Assembly (NCBI RefSeq): GCF_009914755.1
Contig: NC_060948.1
Direction: 5' to 3' (one strand)
Source of the DNA: the human T2T-CHM13v2.0 reference genome, Homo sapiens
DNA: 64,000 nt
Shown piece after piece: positions 51,201 to 64,000 of the stretch. The position numbers and the translations under genes are program-made. The first letter of the stretch is position 1, and each line of letters begins with the position of its first letter. The notes under the pieces were generated by a model. That model had not been told where the DNA came from and ran no database searches. It was given only the letters and a program-made list of their open reading frames with translations.

Positions 51201-54200
51201 GGGCAGGAATGGAATTGAAAGGGGTGAATTGTAATTGAGTGCTGTGGATTGGAGTAGACTGCATTCTAGTGGATTGGAGTGGAAAGAAGTGGAGTGGAAT
51301 GGAATGGAATGCAATGGAGTGGAGTGGAATGGAATGGAGTGGAGTAGAATGGAATTTAATGGAGTGGAGTGGAATTGAGTGGAATGGAGAGTAATGGAGT
51401 GGAGTGGACTGGAGCAAAGTGGAGTGTAGTGCATTGGACTGTAGGGGATTGAAGTGGCTTGGAGTGCAATGGAGTGGAGTGGAATGGAATGTAATGTAAT
51501 GGAATGGAATGGAATGGAATGTAGTGGAATGGAATCGAATCACATGGAACTGAATCAAATCGAATTGAATGAAATTGAATGGAAAAAATGGAATGAAATG
51601 GAATCAAATCGAATGGATTCGAATGACATTGAATGGAATCGAAAGGAATGCAGTGAGGTGGAGTTGAGTGGAGTGGAGTGGAATGGAATGGGATGAATGG
51701 AATTGACTGGAGAGGAGTGGAATGGAATGGAATGGAAAGGAATGGAATTGAACGAAATGGAGTGTAGTAGAATGTAGTGGATTGGAGTGGAGTGCAGGGG
51801 AGTGCAGTGGAATGAAGAGGAGTGTAGTTGAATGGAATGGAACGGTATGGAACGTACTGGAATGGAATGGATAAGAATGGAATGGAATGGAATCGCATGG
51901 AATTGAATAGAATGAAATCGAATTGAATAGAATCAAATGGAAAAAATGGAGGCAAATGGAATCGAATGTCATAGAATCGAACGGTTTTGAATGTCAGTGA
52001 ATGGAAACGAATGGAATGCGATGAAGTGGAGCGGAGTGGAGTGGAAAGGAGTGCAATGGAATAGGGTGGAACAGAATTTAATGGAACAGAGTGGATTGGA
52101 GTGGACTGGAGTGGAATGGAAAGGGAAGGAATGGGATTGAAAGGAGTGGCGTGCAGTGGAGTGGAGTGGCATGGAGTGGAGTGGAGTGGAATGGAGTGGA
52201 ATGGAATGGAGTGGAATGGAGTGGATTGGAATGGAATGGAGTGCAGAGGAATGGAATGGAATAGTATAGAGTGGACAGGAATGGAGTGGAGTGGATTGGA
52301 ATGGAATGGATTGTAAGGGAATGGAACTGAATGGACTGGAATGGAATGGAATAGAATGGAATCGCAGGGAATCAAATTGGATTGAATCGAATCGAATGGA
52401 GAAAATGAAATCAAATGAAATTGAATGGAATCGAATTGAATGTAAACAATGGAATCCAATGGAGTCAAATGGAATCGAATCAAATGGTTTTGAATGGCAT
52501 CAAATGAAATGGCATGGAAGGCAGTGAATTGGAGTGGAGTGGAATAGAGAGGAATGAATTGGAATGGAGTGTAGTGGAATGGAGTGGATTCCAATGGATT
52601 GGAGTGGATTGGATTGGAATGGAATGGAATAGATTGGATTGGAGTGGTGCAGAGTGGAGTGGACTGGAGTGCAGAGGAATGGAGTGGAGTGAAGTCCAGT
52701 TGAGTGGAATGGAATGGAGTGGAGCAGAGTGGAATTCAAAAGAATGAAGTGGATTGGTATGGAATGGAATGGCGTGGAATGGCGTGGAATAGAATGGAAT
52801 GGAATCGCATGGAATGATATGAAATCAAATCGAATTGAACGGAAAATTATGAATCCAATGGAATCGAAAGGATTCTAAAGGAATGGATTCGAAAGGCATT
52901 GAATGGAATGGAAAGGAATGCAGTGAAGTGGAGTGGAGTGGAGTGGAATGTTTTAGAGTGAACTGGGGTGGATTGGAACTCTATGGCGGAGAGTGGAGTG
53001 AAGTGGATTGGAGTGGAATGGAGTGCAATGGACTGGAGTGGAGTGGAATGGATTGGAGTGGAGTGGAGTGGATCGGAGTGGAGTGCTGTGGAGTGGACTA
53101 GAGTGGGGTGGAGTGGAGTACATTGGAGTGGAATGGAACGGAGTGGGGTGGAATTGAATGGAATGGAATCAAATCGCATGGTAATGAATCAAATGGAATC
53201 AAATCGAATGGAAATAATGGAATCGAAGGGAAACGAATGGAATCGAATTGCACTGATTCTACTGACTTCGAGGAAAATGAAATGAAATGCGGTGAAGTGG
53301 AATGGAGGGAATGTATTAGGGTGGAATGGAAGTGAATGGTGTGGAGTGGAGTGGAGTGCCCAGGAGTGGAATGGGAAGAAATGGAATTGAACGGAGTGGA
53401 GTGGAGTGGAATGGGGGATAATGGAGTGGAGTAGAGTGGAGTGGAGTAGAGTGGAATGGGTTGGAGTGTAATGCAGAGTACAGGAGTGGAGTGCGGTGGA
53501 CTGGAGTGGAGTGGAGTTGAGTGGAGTGGATTGGATTGAAATAGAGCGGAGCAGAGTGGAATGGAATTGAATCACATGGTATTGAATCAAATCGAATGGA
53601 ATTAAATCGAATGAAAAAATCGAATCAAAAGCAAACGAATGGAGTCAAACCTCATTGGTTAAACTGACATCGAAAAATATCAAATGAAATGTGGTGAAGT
53701 GGAGTGCAGTGTAATGAAATGGGGTGGAATGAAATTGAATGGAGTGGAGTGGATCGGAGTCTACTGGAGTGGAATGGAACGGAATGTAAAGGAATGGAAT
53801 AGACTGCAGTGAAGTGCAGTGCAGTGAAATGGAGTGGAAAGGAATGGAATGGAATGGAATGGAACGGAAACAAATGGTATCGAAGTGAATCGAATCTAAT
53901 GAAATTGATCGGAAAAAATGGAATGGAGTAGAATCGAATAAGATGGATTCAAAGGCAACAAATAGAATTGAATGGAATGCGGTGAGGTGGAGGGCATTGG
54001 AATGGAGTTGAATGGAATGGGGTATAATTGAATTGAATGGAGTGGAGTGGATTGTAGTGGACTGGAGTGGAATGGAACGGAATGGGCAGGAATGGAATTG
54101 AAAGGGGTGAATTGTAATTGAGTGCTGTGGATTGGAGTAGACTGCATTCTAGTGGATTGGAGTGGAAAGAAGTGGAGTGGAATGGAATGGAATGCAATGG

Positions 54201-57200
54201 AGTGGAGTGGAATGGAATGGAGTGGAGTAGAATGGAATTTAATGGAGTGGAGTGGAATTGAGTGGAATGGAGAGTAATGGAGTGGAGTGGACTGGAGCAA
54301 AGTGGAGTGTAGTGCATTGGACTGTAGGGGATTGAAGTGGCTTGGAGTGCAATGGAGTGGAGTGGAATGGAATGTAATGTAATGGAATGGAATGGAATGG
54401 AATGTAGTGGAATGGAATCGAATCACATGGAACTGAAACAAATCGAATTGAATGAAATTGAATGGAAAAAATGGAATGAAATGGAATCAAATCGAATGGA
54501 TTCGAATGACATTGAATGGAATCGAAAGGAATGCAGTGAGGTGGAGTTGAGTGGAGTGGAGTGGAATGGAATGGGATGAATGGAATTGACTGGAGAGGAG
54601 TGGAATGGAATGGAATGGAAAGGAATGGAATTGAACGAAATGGAGTGTAGTAGAATGTAGTGGATTGGAGTGGAGTGCAGGGGAGTGCAGTGGAATGAAG
54701 AGGAGTGTAGTTGAATGGAATGGAACGGTATGGAACGTACTGGAATGGAATGGATAAGAATGGAATGGAATGGAATCGCATGGAATTGAATAGAATGAAA
54801 TCGAATTGAATAGAATCAAATGGAAAAAATGGAGGCAAATGGAATCGAATGTCATAGAATCGAACGGTTTTGAATGTCAGTGAATGGAAACGAATGGAAT
54901 GCGATGAAGTGGAGCGGAGTGGAGTGGAAAGGAGTGCAATGGAATAGGGTGGAACAGAATTTAATGGAACAGAGTGGATTGGAGTGGACTGGAGTGGAAT
55001 GGAAAGGGAAGGAATGGGATTGAAAGGAGTGGCGTGCAGTGGAGTGGAGTGGCATGGAGTGGAGTGGAGTGGAATGGAGTGGAATGGAATGGAGTGGAAT
55101 GGAGTGGATTGGAATGGAATGGAGTGCAGAGGAATGGAATGGAATAGTATAGAGTGGACAGGAATGGAGTGGAGTGGATTGGAATGGAATGGATTGTAAG
55201 GGAATGGAACTGAATGGACTGGAATGGAATGGAATAGAATGGAATCGCAGGGAATCAAATTGGATTGAATCGAATCGAATGGAGAAAATGAAATCAAATG
55301 AAATTGAATGGAATCGAATTGAATGTAAACAATGGAATCCAATGGAGTCAAATGGAATCGAATCAAATGGTTTTGAATGGCATCAAATGAAATGGCATGG
55401 AAGGCAGTGAATTGGAGTGGAGTGGAATAGAGAGGAATGAATTGGAATGGAGTGTAGTGGAATGGAGTGGATTCCAATGGATTGGAGTGGATTGGATTGG
55501 AATGGAATGGAATAGATTGGATTGGAGTGGTGCAGAGTGGAGTGGACTGGAGTGCAGAGGAATGGAGTGGAGTGAAGTCCAGTTGAGTGGAATGGAATGG
55601 AGTGGAGCAGAGTGGAATTCAAAAGAATGAAGTGGATTGGTATGGAATGGAATGGCGTGGAATGGCGTGGAATAGAATGGAATGGAATCGCATGGAATGA
55701 TATGAAATCAAATCGAATTGAACGGAAAATTATGAATCCAATGGAATCGAAAGGATTCTAAAGGAATGGATTCGAAAGGCATTGAATGGAATGGAAAGGA
55801 ATGCAGTGAAGTGGAGTGGAGTGGAGTGGAATGTTTTAGAGTGAACTGGGGTGGATTGGAACTCTATGGCGGAGAGTGGAGTGAAGTGGATTGGAGTGGA
55901 ATGGAGTGCAATGGACTGGAGTGGAGTGGAATGGATTGGAGTGGAGTGGAGTGGATCGGAGTGGAGTGCTGTGGAGTGGACTAGAGTGGGGTGGAGTGGA
56001 GTACATTGGAGTGGAATGGAACGGAGTGGGGTGGAATTGAATGGAATGGAATCAAATCGCATGGTAATGAATCAAATGGAATCAAATCGAATGGAAATAA
56101 TGGAATCGAAGGGAAACGAATGGAATCGAATTGCACTGATTCTACTGACTTCGAGGAAAATGAAATGAAATGCGGTGAAGTGGAATGGAGGGAATGTATT
56201 AGGGTGGAATGGAATTGAATGGTGTGGAGTGGAGTGGAGTGCCCAGGAGTGGAATGGGAAGAAATGGAATTGAACGGAGTGGAGTGGAGTGGAATGGGGG
56301 ATAATGGAGTGGAGTAGAGTGGAGTGGAGTAGAGTGGAATGGGTTGGAGTGTAATGCAGAGTACAGGAGTGGAGTGCGGTGGACTGGAGTGGAGTGGAGT
56401 TGAGTGGAGTGGATTGGATTGAAATAGAGCGGAGCAGAGTGGAATGGAATTGAATCACATGGTATTGAATCAAATCGAATGGAATTAAATCGAATGAAAA
56501 AATGGAATCAAAAGCAAACGAATGGAGTCAAACATCATTGGTTAAACTGACATCGAAAAATATCAAATGAAATGTGGTGAAGTGGAGTGGAGTGTAATGA
56601 AATGGGGTGGAATGAAATTGAATGGAGTGGAGTGGATTGGAGTCTACTGGAGTGGAATGGAACGGAATGCAAAGGAATGGAATAGAATGCAGTGAAGTGC
56701 AGTGCAGTGAAATGGAGTGGAAAGGAATGGAATGGAATGGAATGGAATGGAATGGAATGGAACGGAATCAAATGGTATCGAAGTGAATCGAATCTAATGA
56801 AATTGATCGGAAAAAATGGAATGGAGTAGAATCGAATAAGATGGATTCAAAGGCAACAAATAGAATTGAATGGAATGCGGTGAGGTGGAGGGCATTGGAA
56901 TGGAGTTGAATGGAATGGGGTATAATTGAATTGAATGGAGTGGAGTGGATTGTAGTGGACTGGAGTGGAATGGAAAGGAATGGGCAGGAATGGAATTGAA
57001 ATGGGTGAATTGGAATTGAGTGCTCTGGATTGGAGTAGACTGCATTCTAGTGGATTGGAGTGGAAAGAAGTGGAGTGGAATGGAATGGAATGCAATGGAG
57101 TGGAGTGGAATGGAATGGAGTGGAGTAGAATGGAATTTAATGGAGTGGAGTGGAATTGAGTGGAATGGAGAGTAATGGAGTGGAGTGGACTGGAGCGAAG

Positions 57201-60200
57201 TGGAGTGTAGTGCATTGGACTGTAGGGGATTGAAGTGGCTTGGAGTGCAATGGAGTGGAGTGGAATGGAATGTAATGGAATGGAATGGAATGGAATGGAA
57301 TGGAGTGGAATGGAATCGAATCACATGGAACTGAATCAAATCGAATTGAATGAAATTGAATGGAAAAAATGGAATGAAATGGAATCAAATCGAATGGATT
57401 CGAATGACATTGAATGGAATCGAAAGGAATGCAGTGAGGTGGAGTTGAGTGGAGTGGAGTGGAATGGAATGGGATGAATGGAATTGACTGGAGAGGAGTG
57501 GAATGGAATGGAATGGAAAGGAATGGAATTGAACGAAATGGAGTGTAGTAGAATGTAGTGGATTGGAGTGGAGTGCAGGGGAGTGCAGTGGAATGAAGAG
57601 GAGTGTAGTTGAATGGAATGGAATGGTATGGAACGTACTGGAATGGAACGGATAAGAATGGAATGGAATGGAATCGCATGGAATTGAATAGAATGAAATC
57701 GAATTGAATAGAATCAAATGGAAAAAATGGAGGCAAATGGAATCGAATGTCATAGAATCGAACGGTTTTGAATGTCAGTGAATGGAAACGAATGGAATGC
57801 GATGAAGTGGAGCGGAGTGGAGTGGAAAGGAGTGCAATGGAATAGGGTGGAACAGAATTTAATGGAACAGAGTGGATTGGAGTGGACTGGAGTGGAATGG
57901 AAAGGGAAGGAATGGGATTGAAAGGAGTGGCGTGCAGTGGAGTGGAGTGGCATGGAGTGGAGTGGAGTGGAATGGAGTGGAATGGAATGGAGTGGAATGG
58001 AGTGGATTGGAATGGAATGGAGTGCAGAGGAATGGAATGGAATGGTATAGAGTGGACAGGAATGGAGTGGAGTGGATTGGAATGGAATGGAATGTAAGGG
58101 AATGGAACTGAATGGACTGGAATGGAATGGAATAGAATGGAATCACAGGGAATCAAATTGGATTGAATCGAATCGAATGGAGAAAATGAAATCAAATGAA
58201 ATTGAATGGAATCGAATTGAAAGTAAACAATGGAATCCAATGGAGTCAAATGGAATCGAATCAAATGGTTTTGAATGGCATCAAATGAAATGGCATGGAA
58301 GGCAGTAAATTGGAGTGGAGTGGAATAGAGAGGAATGAATTGGAATGGAGTGTAGTGGAATGGAGTGGATTGGATTGGAATGGAATGGAATAGATTGGAT
58401 TGGAGTGGTGCAGAGTGGAGTGGACTGGAGTGCAGAGGAATGGAGTGGAGTGAAGTCCAGTTGAGTGGAATGGAATGGAGTGGAGCAGAGTGGAATTCAA
58501 AAGAATGAAGTGGATTGGTATGGAATGGAGTGGCGTGGAATGGCGTGGAATAGAAAGGAAGGGAATCGCATGGAATGATATGAAATCAAATTGAATTGAA
58601 CGGAAAATTATGAATCCAATGGAATCGAAAGGATTCTAAAGGAATGGATTCGAAAGGCATTGAATGGAATGGAAAGGAATGCAGTGAAGTGGAGTGGAGT
58701 GGAATGTTTTAGAGTGAACTGGGGTGGATTGGAACTCTATGGCGGGGAGTGGAGTGAAGTGGATTGGAGTGGAATGGAGTGCAATGGACTGGAGTGGAGT
58801 GGAATGGATTGGAGTGGAGTGCAGTGGTTCGGAGTGGAGTGCTGTGGAGTGGACTAGAGTGGGGTGGAGTGGAGTGCATTGGAGTGGAATGGAACGGAGT
58901 GGGGTGGAATGGAATGGAATGGAATCAAATCGCATGGTAATGAATCAAATGGAATCAAATCGAATGGAAATAATGGAATCGAAGGGAAACGAATGGAATC
59001 GAATTGCACTGATTCTACTGACTTCGAGGAAAATGAAATGAAATGCGGTGAAGTGGAATGGAGGGAATGTATTAGGGTGGAATGGAATTGAATGGTGTGG
59101 AGTGGAGTGGAGTGCCCAGGAGTGGAATGGGAAGAAATGGAATTGAACGGAGTGGAGTGGAGTGGAATGGGGGATAATGGAGTGGAGTAGAGTGGAGTGG
59201 AGTAGAGTGGAATGGGTTGGAGTGTAATGCAGAGTACAGGAGTGGAGTGCGGTGGACTGGAGTGGAGTGGAGTTGAGTGGAGTGGATTGGATTGAAATAG
59301 AGCGGAGCAGAGTGGAATGGAATTGAATCACATGGTATTGAATCAAATCGAATGGAATTAAATCGAATGAAAAAATGGAATCAAAAGCAAACGAATGGAG
59401 TCAAACATCATTGGTTAAACTGACATCGAAAAATATCAAATGAAATGTGGTGAAGTGGAGTGCAGTGTAATGAAATGGGGTGGAATGAAATTGAATGGAG
59501 TGGAGTGGATCGGAGTCTACTGGAGTGGAATGGAACGGAATGTAAAGGAATGGAATAGACTGCAGTGAAGTGCAGTGCAGTGAAATGGAGTGGAAAGGAA
59601 TGGAATGGAATGGAATGGAACGGAAACAAATGGTATCGAAGTGAATCGAATCTAATGAAATTGATCGGAAAAAATGGAATGGAGTAGAATCGAATAAGAT
59701 GGATTCAAAGGCAACAAATAGAATTGAATGGAATGCGGTGAGGTGGAGGGCATTGGAATGGAGTTGAATGGAATGGGGTATAATTGAATTGAATGGATTG
59801 GAGTGGATTGTAGTGGACTGGAGTGGAATGGAACGGAATGGGCAGGAATGGAATTGAAAGGGGTGAATTGGAATTGAGTGCTGTGGATTGGAGTAGACTG
59901 CATTCTAGTGGATTGGAGTGGAAAGAAGTGGAGTGGAATGGAATGGAATGCAATGGAGTGGAGTGGAATGGAATGGAGTGGAGTAGAATGGAATTTAATG
60001 GAGTGGAGTGGAATTGAGTGGAATGGAGAGTAATGGAGTGGAGTGGACTGGAGCGAAGTGGAGTGTAGTGCATTGGACTGTAGGGGATTGAAGTGGCTTG
60101 GAGTGCAATGGAGTGGAGTGGAATGGAATGTAATGTAATGGAATGGAATGGAATGGAATGGAGTGGAATGGAATCGAATCACATGGAACTGAATCAAATC

Positions 60201-63200
60201 GAATTGAATGAAATTGAATGGAAAAAATGGAATGAAATGGAATCAAATCGAATGGATTCGAATGACATTGAATGGAATCGAAAGGAATGCAGTGAGGTGG
60301 AGTTGAGTGGAGTGGAGTGGAATGGAATGGGATGAATGGAATTGACTGGAGAGGAGTGGAATGGAATGGAATGGAAAGGAATGGAATTGAACGAAATGGA
60401 GTGTAGTAGAATGTAGTGGATTGGAGTGGAGTGCAGGGGAGTGCAGTGGAATGAAGAGGAGTGTAGTTGAATGGAATGGAACGGTATGGAACGTACTGGA
60501 ATGGAATGGATAAGAATGGAATGGAATGGAATCGCATGGAATGGAATAGAATGAAATCGAATTGAATAGAATCAAATGGAAAAAATGGAGGCAAATGGAA
60601 TCGAATGTCATAGAATCGAACGGTTTTGAATGTCAGTGAATGGAAACGAATGGAATGCGATGAAGTGGAGCGGAGTGGAGTGGAAAGGAGTGCAATGGAA
60701 TAGGGTGGAACAGAATTTAATGGAACAGAGTGGATTGGAGTGGACTGGAGTGGAATGGAAAGGGAAGGAATGGGATTGAAAGGAGTGGCGTGCAGTGGAG
60801 TGGAGTGGCATGGAGTGGAGTGGAGTGGAATGGAGTGGAATGGAATGGAGTGGAATGGAGTGGATTGGAATGGAATGGAGTGCAGAGGAATGGAATGGAA
60901 TAGTATAGAGTGGACAGGAATGGAGTGGAGTGGATTGGAATGGAATGGATTGTAAGGGAATGGAACTGAATGGACTGGAATGGAATGGAATAGAATGGAA
61001 TCGCAGGGAATCAAATTGGATTGAATCGAATCGAATGGAGAAAATGAAATCAAATGAAATTGAATGGAATCGAATTGAATGTAAACAATGGAATCCAATG
61101 GAGTCAAATGGAATCGAATCAAATGGTTTTGAATGGCATCAAATGAAATGGCATGGAAGGCAGTGAATTGGAGTGGAGTGGAATAGAGAGGAATGAATTG
61201 GAATGGAGTGTAGTGGAATGGAGTGGATTCCAATGGATTGGAGTGGATTGGATTGGAATGGAATGGAATAGATTGGATTGGAGTGGTGCAGAGTGGAGTG
61301 GACTGGAGTGCAGAGGAATGGAGTGGAGTGAAGTCCAGTTGAGTGGAATGGAATGGAGTGGAGCAGAGTGGAATTCAAAAGAATGAAGTGGATTGGTATG
61401 GAATGGAATGGCGTGGAATGGCGTGGAATAGAATGGAATGGAATCGCATGGAATGATATGAAATCAAATCGAATTGAACGGAAAATTATGAATCCAATGG
61501 AATCGAAAGGATTCTAAAGGAATGGATTCGAAAGGCATTGAATGGAATGGAAAGGAATGCAGTGAAGTGGAGTGGAGTGGAGTGGAATGTTTTAGAGTGA
61601 ACTGGGGTGGATTGGAACTCTATGGCGGAGAGTGGAGTGAAGTGGATTGGAGTGGAATGGAGTGCAATGGACTGGAGTGGAGTGGAATGGATTGGAGTGG
61701 AGTGGAGTGGATCGGAGTGGAGTGCTGTGGAGTGGACTAGAGTGGGGTGGAGTGGAGTACATTGGAGTGGAATGGAACGGAGTGGGGTGGAATTGAATGG
61801 AATGGAATCAAATCGCATGGTAATGAATCAAATGGAATCAAATCGAATGGAAATAATGGAATCGAAGGGAAACGAATGGAATCGAATTGCACTGATTCTA
61901 CTGACTTCGAGGAAAATGAAATGAAATGCGGTGAAGTGGAATGGAGGGAATGTATTAGGGTGGAATGGAATTGAATGGTGTGGAGTGGAGTGGAGTGCCC
62001 AGGAGTGGAATGGGAAGAAATGGAATTGAACGGAGTGGAGTGGAGTGGAATGGGGGATAATGGAGTGGAGTAGAGTGGAGTGGAGTAGAGTGGAATGGGT
62101 TGGAGTGTAATGCAGAGTACAGGAGTGGAGTGCGGTGGACTGGAGTGGAGTGGAGTTGAGTGGAGTGGATTGGATTGAAATAGAGCGGAGCAGAGTGGAA
62201 TGGAATTGAATCACATGGTATTGAATCAAATCGAATGGAATTAAATCGAATGAAAAAATGGAATCAAAAGCAAACGAATGGAGTCAAACATCATTGGTTA
62301 AACTGACATCGAAAAATATCAAATGAAATGTGGTGAAGTGGAGTGGAGTGTAATGAAATGGGGTGGAATGAAATTGAATGGAGTGGAGTGGATTGGAGTC
62401 TACTGGAGTGGAATGGAACGGAATGCAAAGGAATGGAATAGAATGCAGTGAAGTGCAGTGCAGTGAAATGGAGTGGAAAGGAATGGAATGGAATGGAATG
62501 GAATGGAACGGAATCAAATGGTATCGAAGTGAATCGAATCTAATGAAATTGATCGGAAAAAATGGAATGGAGTAGAATCGAATAAGATGGATTCAAAGGC
62601 AACAAATAGAATTGAATGGAATGCGGTGAGGTTGAGGGCATTGGAATGGAGTTGAATGGAATGGGGTATAATTGAATTGAATGGAGTGGAGTGGATTGTA
62701 GTGGACTGGAGTGGAATGGAAAGGAATGGGCAGGAATGGAATTGAAATGGGTGAATTGGAATTGAGTGCTGTGGATTGGAGTAGACTGCATTCTAGTGGA
62801 TTGGAGTGGAAAGAAGTGGAGTGGAATGGAATGGAATGCAATGGAGTGGAGTGGAATGGAATGGAGTGGAGTAGAATGGAATTTAATGGAGTGGAGTGGA
62901 ATTGAGTGGAATGGAGAGTAATGGAGTGGAGTGGACTGGAGCGAAGTGGAGTGTAGTGCATTGGACTGTAGGGGATTGAAGTGGCTTGGAGTGCAATGGA
63001 GTGGAGTGGAATGGAATGTAATGGAATGGAATGGAATGGAATGGAATGGAGTGGAATGGAATCGAATCACATGGAACTGAATCAAATCGAATTGAATGAA
63101 ATTGAATGGAAAAAATGGAATGAAATGGAATCAAATCGAATGGATTCGAATGACATTGAATGGAATCGAAAGGAATGCAGTGAGGTGGAGTTGAGTGGAG

Positions 63201-64000
63201 TGGAGTGGAATGGAATGGGATGAATGGAATTGACTGGAGAGGAGTGGAATGGAATGGAATGGAAAGGAATGGAATTGAACGAAATGGAGTGTAGTAGAAT
63301 GTAGTGGATTGGAGTGGAGTGCAGGGGAGTGCAGTGGAATGAAGAGGAGTGTAGTTGAATGGAATGGAATGGTATGGAACGTACTGGAATGGAATGGATA
63401 AGAATGGAATGGAATGGAATCGCATGGAATTGAATAGAATGAAATCGAATTGAATAGAATCAAATGGAAAAAATGGAGGCAAATGGAATCGAATGTCATA
63501 GAATCGAACGGTTTTGAATGTCAGTGAATGGAAACGAATGGAATGCGATGAAGTGGAGCGGAGTGGAGTGGAAAGGAGTGCAATGGAATAGGGTGGAACA
63601 GAATTTAATGGAACAGAGTGGATTGGAGTGGACTGGAGTGGAATGGAAAGGGAAGGAATGGGATTGAAAGGAGTGGCGTGCAGTGGAGTGGAGTGGCATG
63701 GAGTGGAGTGGAGTGGAATGGAGTGGAATGGAATGGAGTGGAATGGAGTGGATTGGAATGGAATGGAGTGCAGAGGAATGGAATGGAATGGTATAGAGTG
63801 GACAGGAATGGAGTGGAGTGGATTGGAATGGAATGGAATGTAAGGGAATGGAACTGAATGGACTGGAATGGAATGGAATAGAATGGAATCACAGGGAATC
63901 AAATTGGATTGAATCGAATCGAATGGAGAAAATGAAATCAAATGAAATTGAATAGAATCGAATTGAAAGTAAACAATGGAATCCAATGGAGTCAAATGGA
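43900..64000 (+). repeat. Homogeneous block of EcoRI-positive (E/F-type) monomers, ~2,883 bp
   Basis: GAATTC occurs at 44063, 46955, 49839, 52732, 55615, 58493 and 61371. Monomers share TATGGCGG, CTTCGAGGAAAATG and GGGGGATAAT. Several landmark spacings are exactly 2883. Confidence 0.8.

Larger units (their letters stand above)
1..64000 (+). repeat. Human Satellite 3 (HSat3/SatIII)-type array: diverged (GGAAT)n with abundant GGAGT pentamers; GGAAT strand is +
   Basis: Continuous GGAAT/GGAGT/GGATT/CGAAT pentamers from the first to the last base. The + strand is strongly G+A-rich and C-poor. No non-satellite interruption or large-scale strand switch was seen. Confidence 0.97.
1..64000 (+). repeat. 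~2,873-bp tandem monomer, about 22.3 copies; period consistent with the Y-chromosome DYZ18 HSat3 repeat (Yq11/Yq12 boundary)
   Basis: The same landmark (the start of the 105-aa artefact ORF) recurs at 1273, 4147, 6995, 9848, 12721, 15589, 18461, 21330, 24193, 27071, 29963, 32832, 35690, 38567, 41436, 44299, 47191, 50085, 52968, 55851, 58724 and 61607. Spacings are 2848-2894 bp, mean 2873. The periodicity is certain. The DYZ18 identity is inferred from its known ~2.86-kb unit and HSat3 composition and was not confirmed by alignment. Confidence 0.7.

Noticed and set aside
1-64000. CRISPR-like or other prokaryotic repeat-spacer system
   Set aside because: There are no unique spacers. Whole 2.87-kb units repeat, and no cas or other genes are present.
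1-64000. Assignment to HSat2 or DYZ1
   Set aside because: CGAAT-rich patches resemble HSat2, but its typical GAATCATC/CATCAT-type motif is not prevalent. The 2.87-kb period differs from the ~3.56-kb DYZ1 unit.
1-64000. Transposon (Alu/L1) insertion or large inversion within the array
   Set aside because: Landmark spacing stays within 2848-2894 bp between 1273 and 61607, the flanks read as satellite, and strand bias never flips beyond the ~20-bp islands noted.

Overview
The whole 64 kb window is one uninterrupted, single-orientation array of primate (most likely human) Satellite 3. It is diverged (GGAAT)n/(CATTC)n, with GGAAT on the + strand and many GGAGT and CGAAT/CAAAT pentamers. I see no genes, RNA genes or transposon insertions, and every ORF in the track is a translation artefact of the pentamer. 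The array is hierarchical. 5-bp pentamers form 7 ancient subunits of about 300-550 bp. These make a ~2,873-bp monomer present in about 22 copies, a period that fits the Y-chromosome DYZ18 HSat3 repeat (inferred, not searched). Above that are recent 2-monomer (~5.74 kb) higher-order repeats and 3-, 4- and 7-monomer offset duplications (8,604, 11,502 and 20,106 bp). The most notable observations are small and mechanistic: an apparent 19-bp micro-inversion fixed in the monomer, a template-switch-like multi-nucleotide change that creates a perfect hairpin in three copies, chimeric monomers that mark unequal-exchange junctions, and a left-to-right turnover of monomer subfamilies. I found no evidence of a novel protein-coding system. 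Variant positions were read by eye and block boundaries are approximate.
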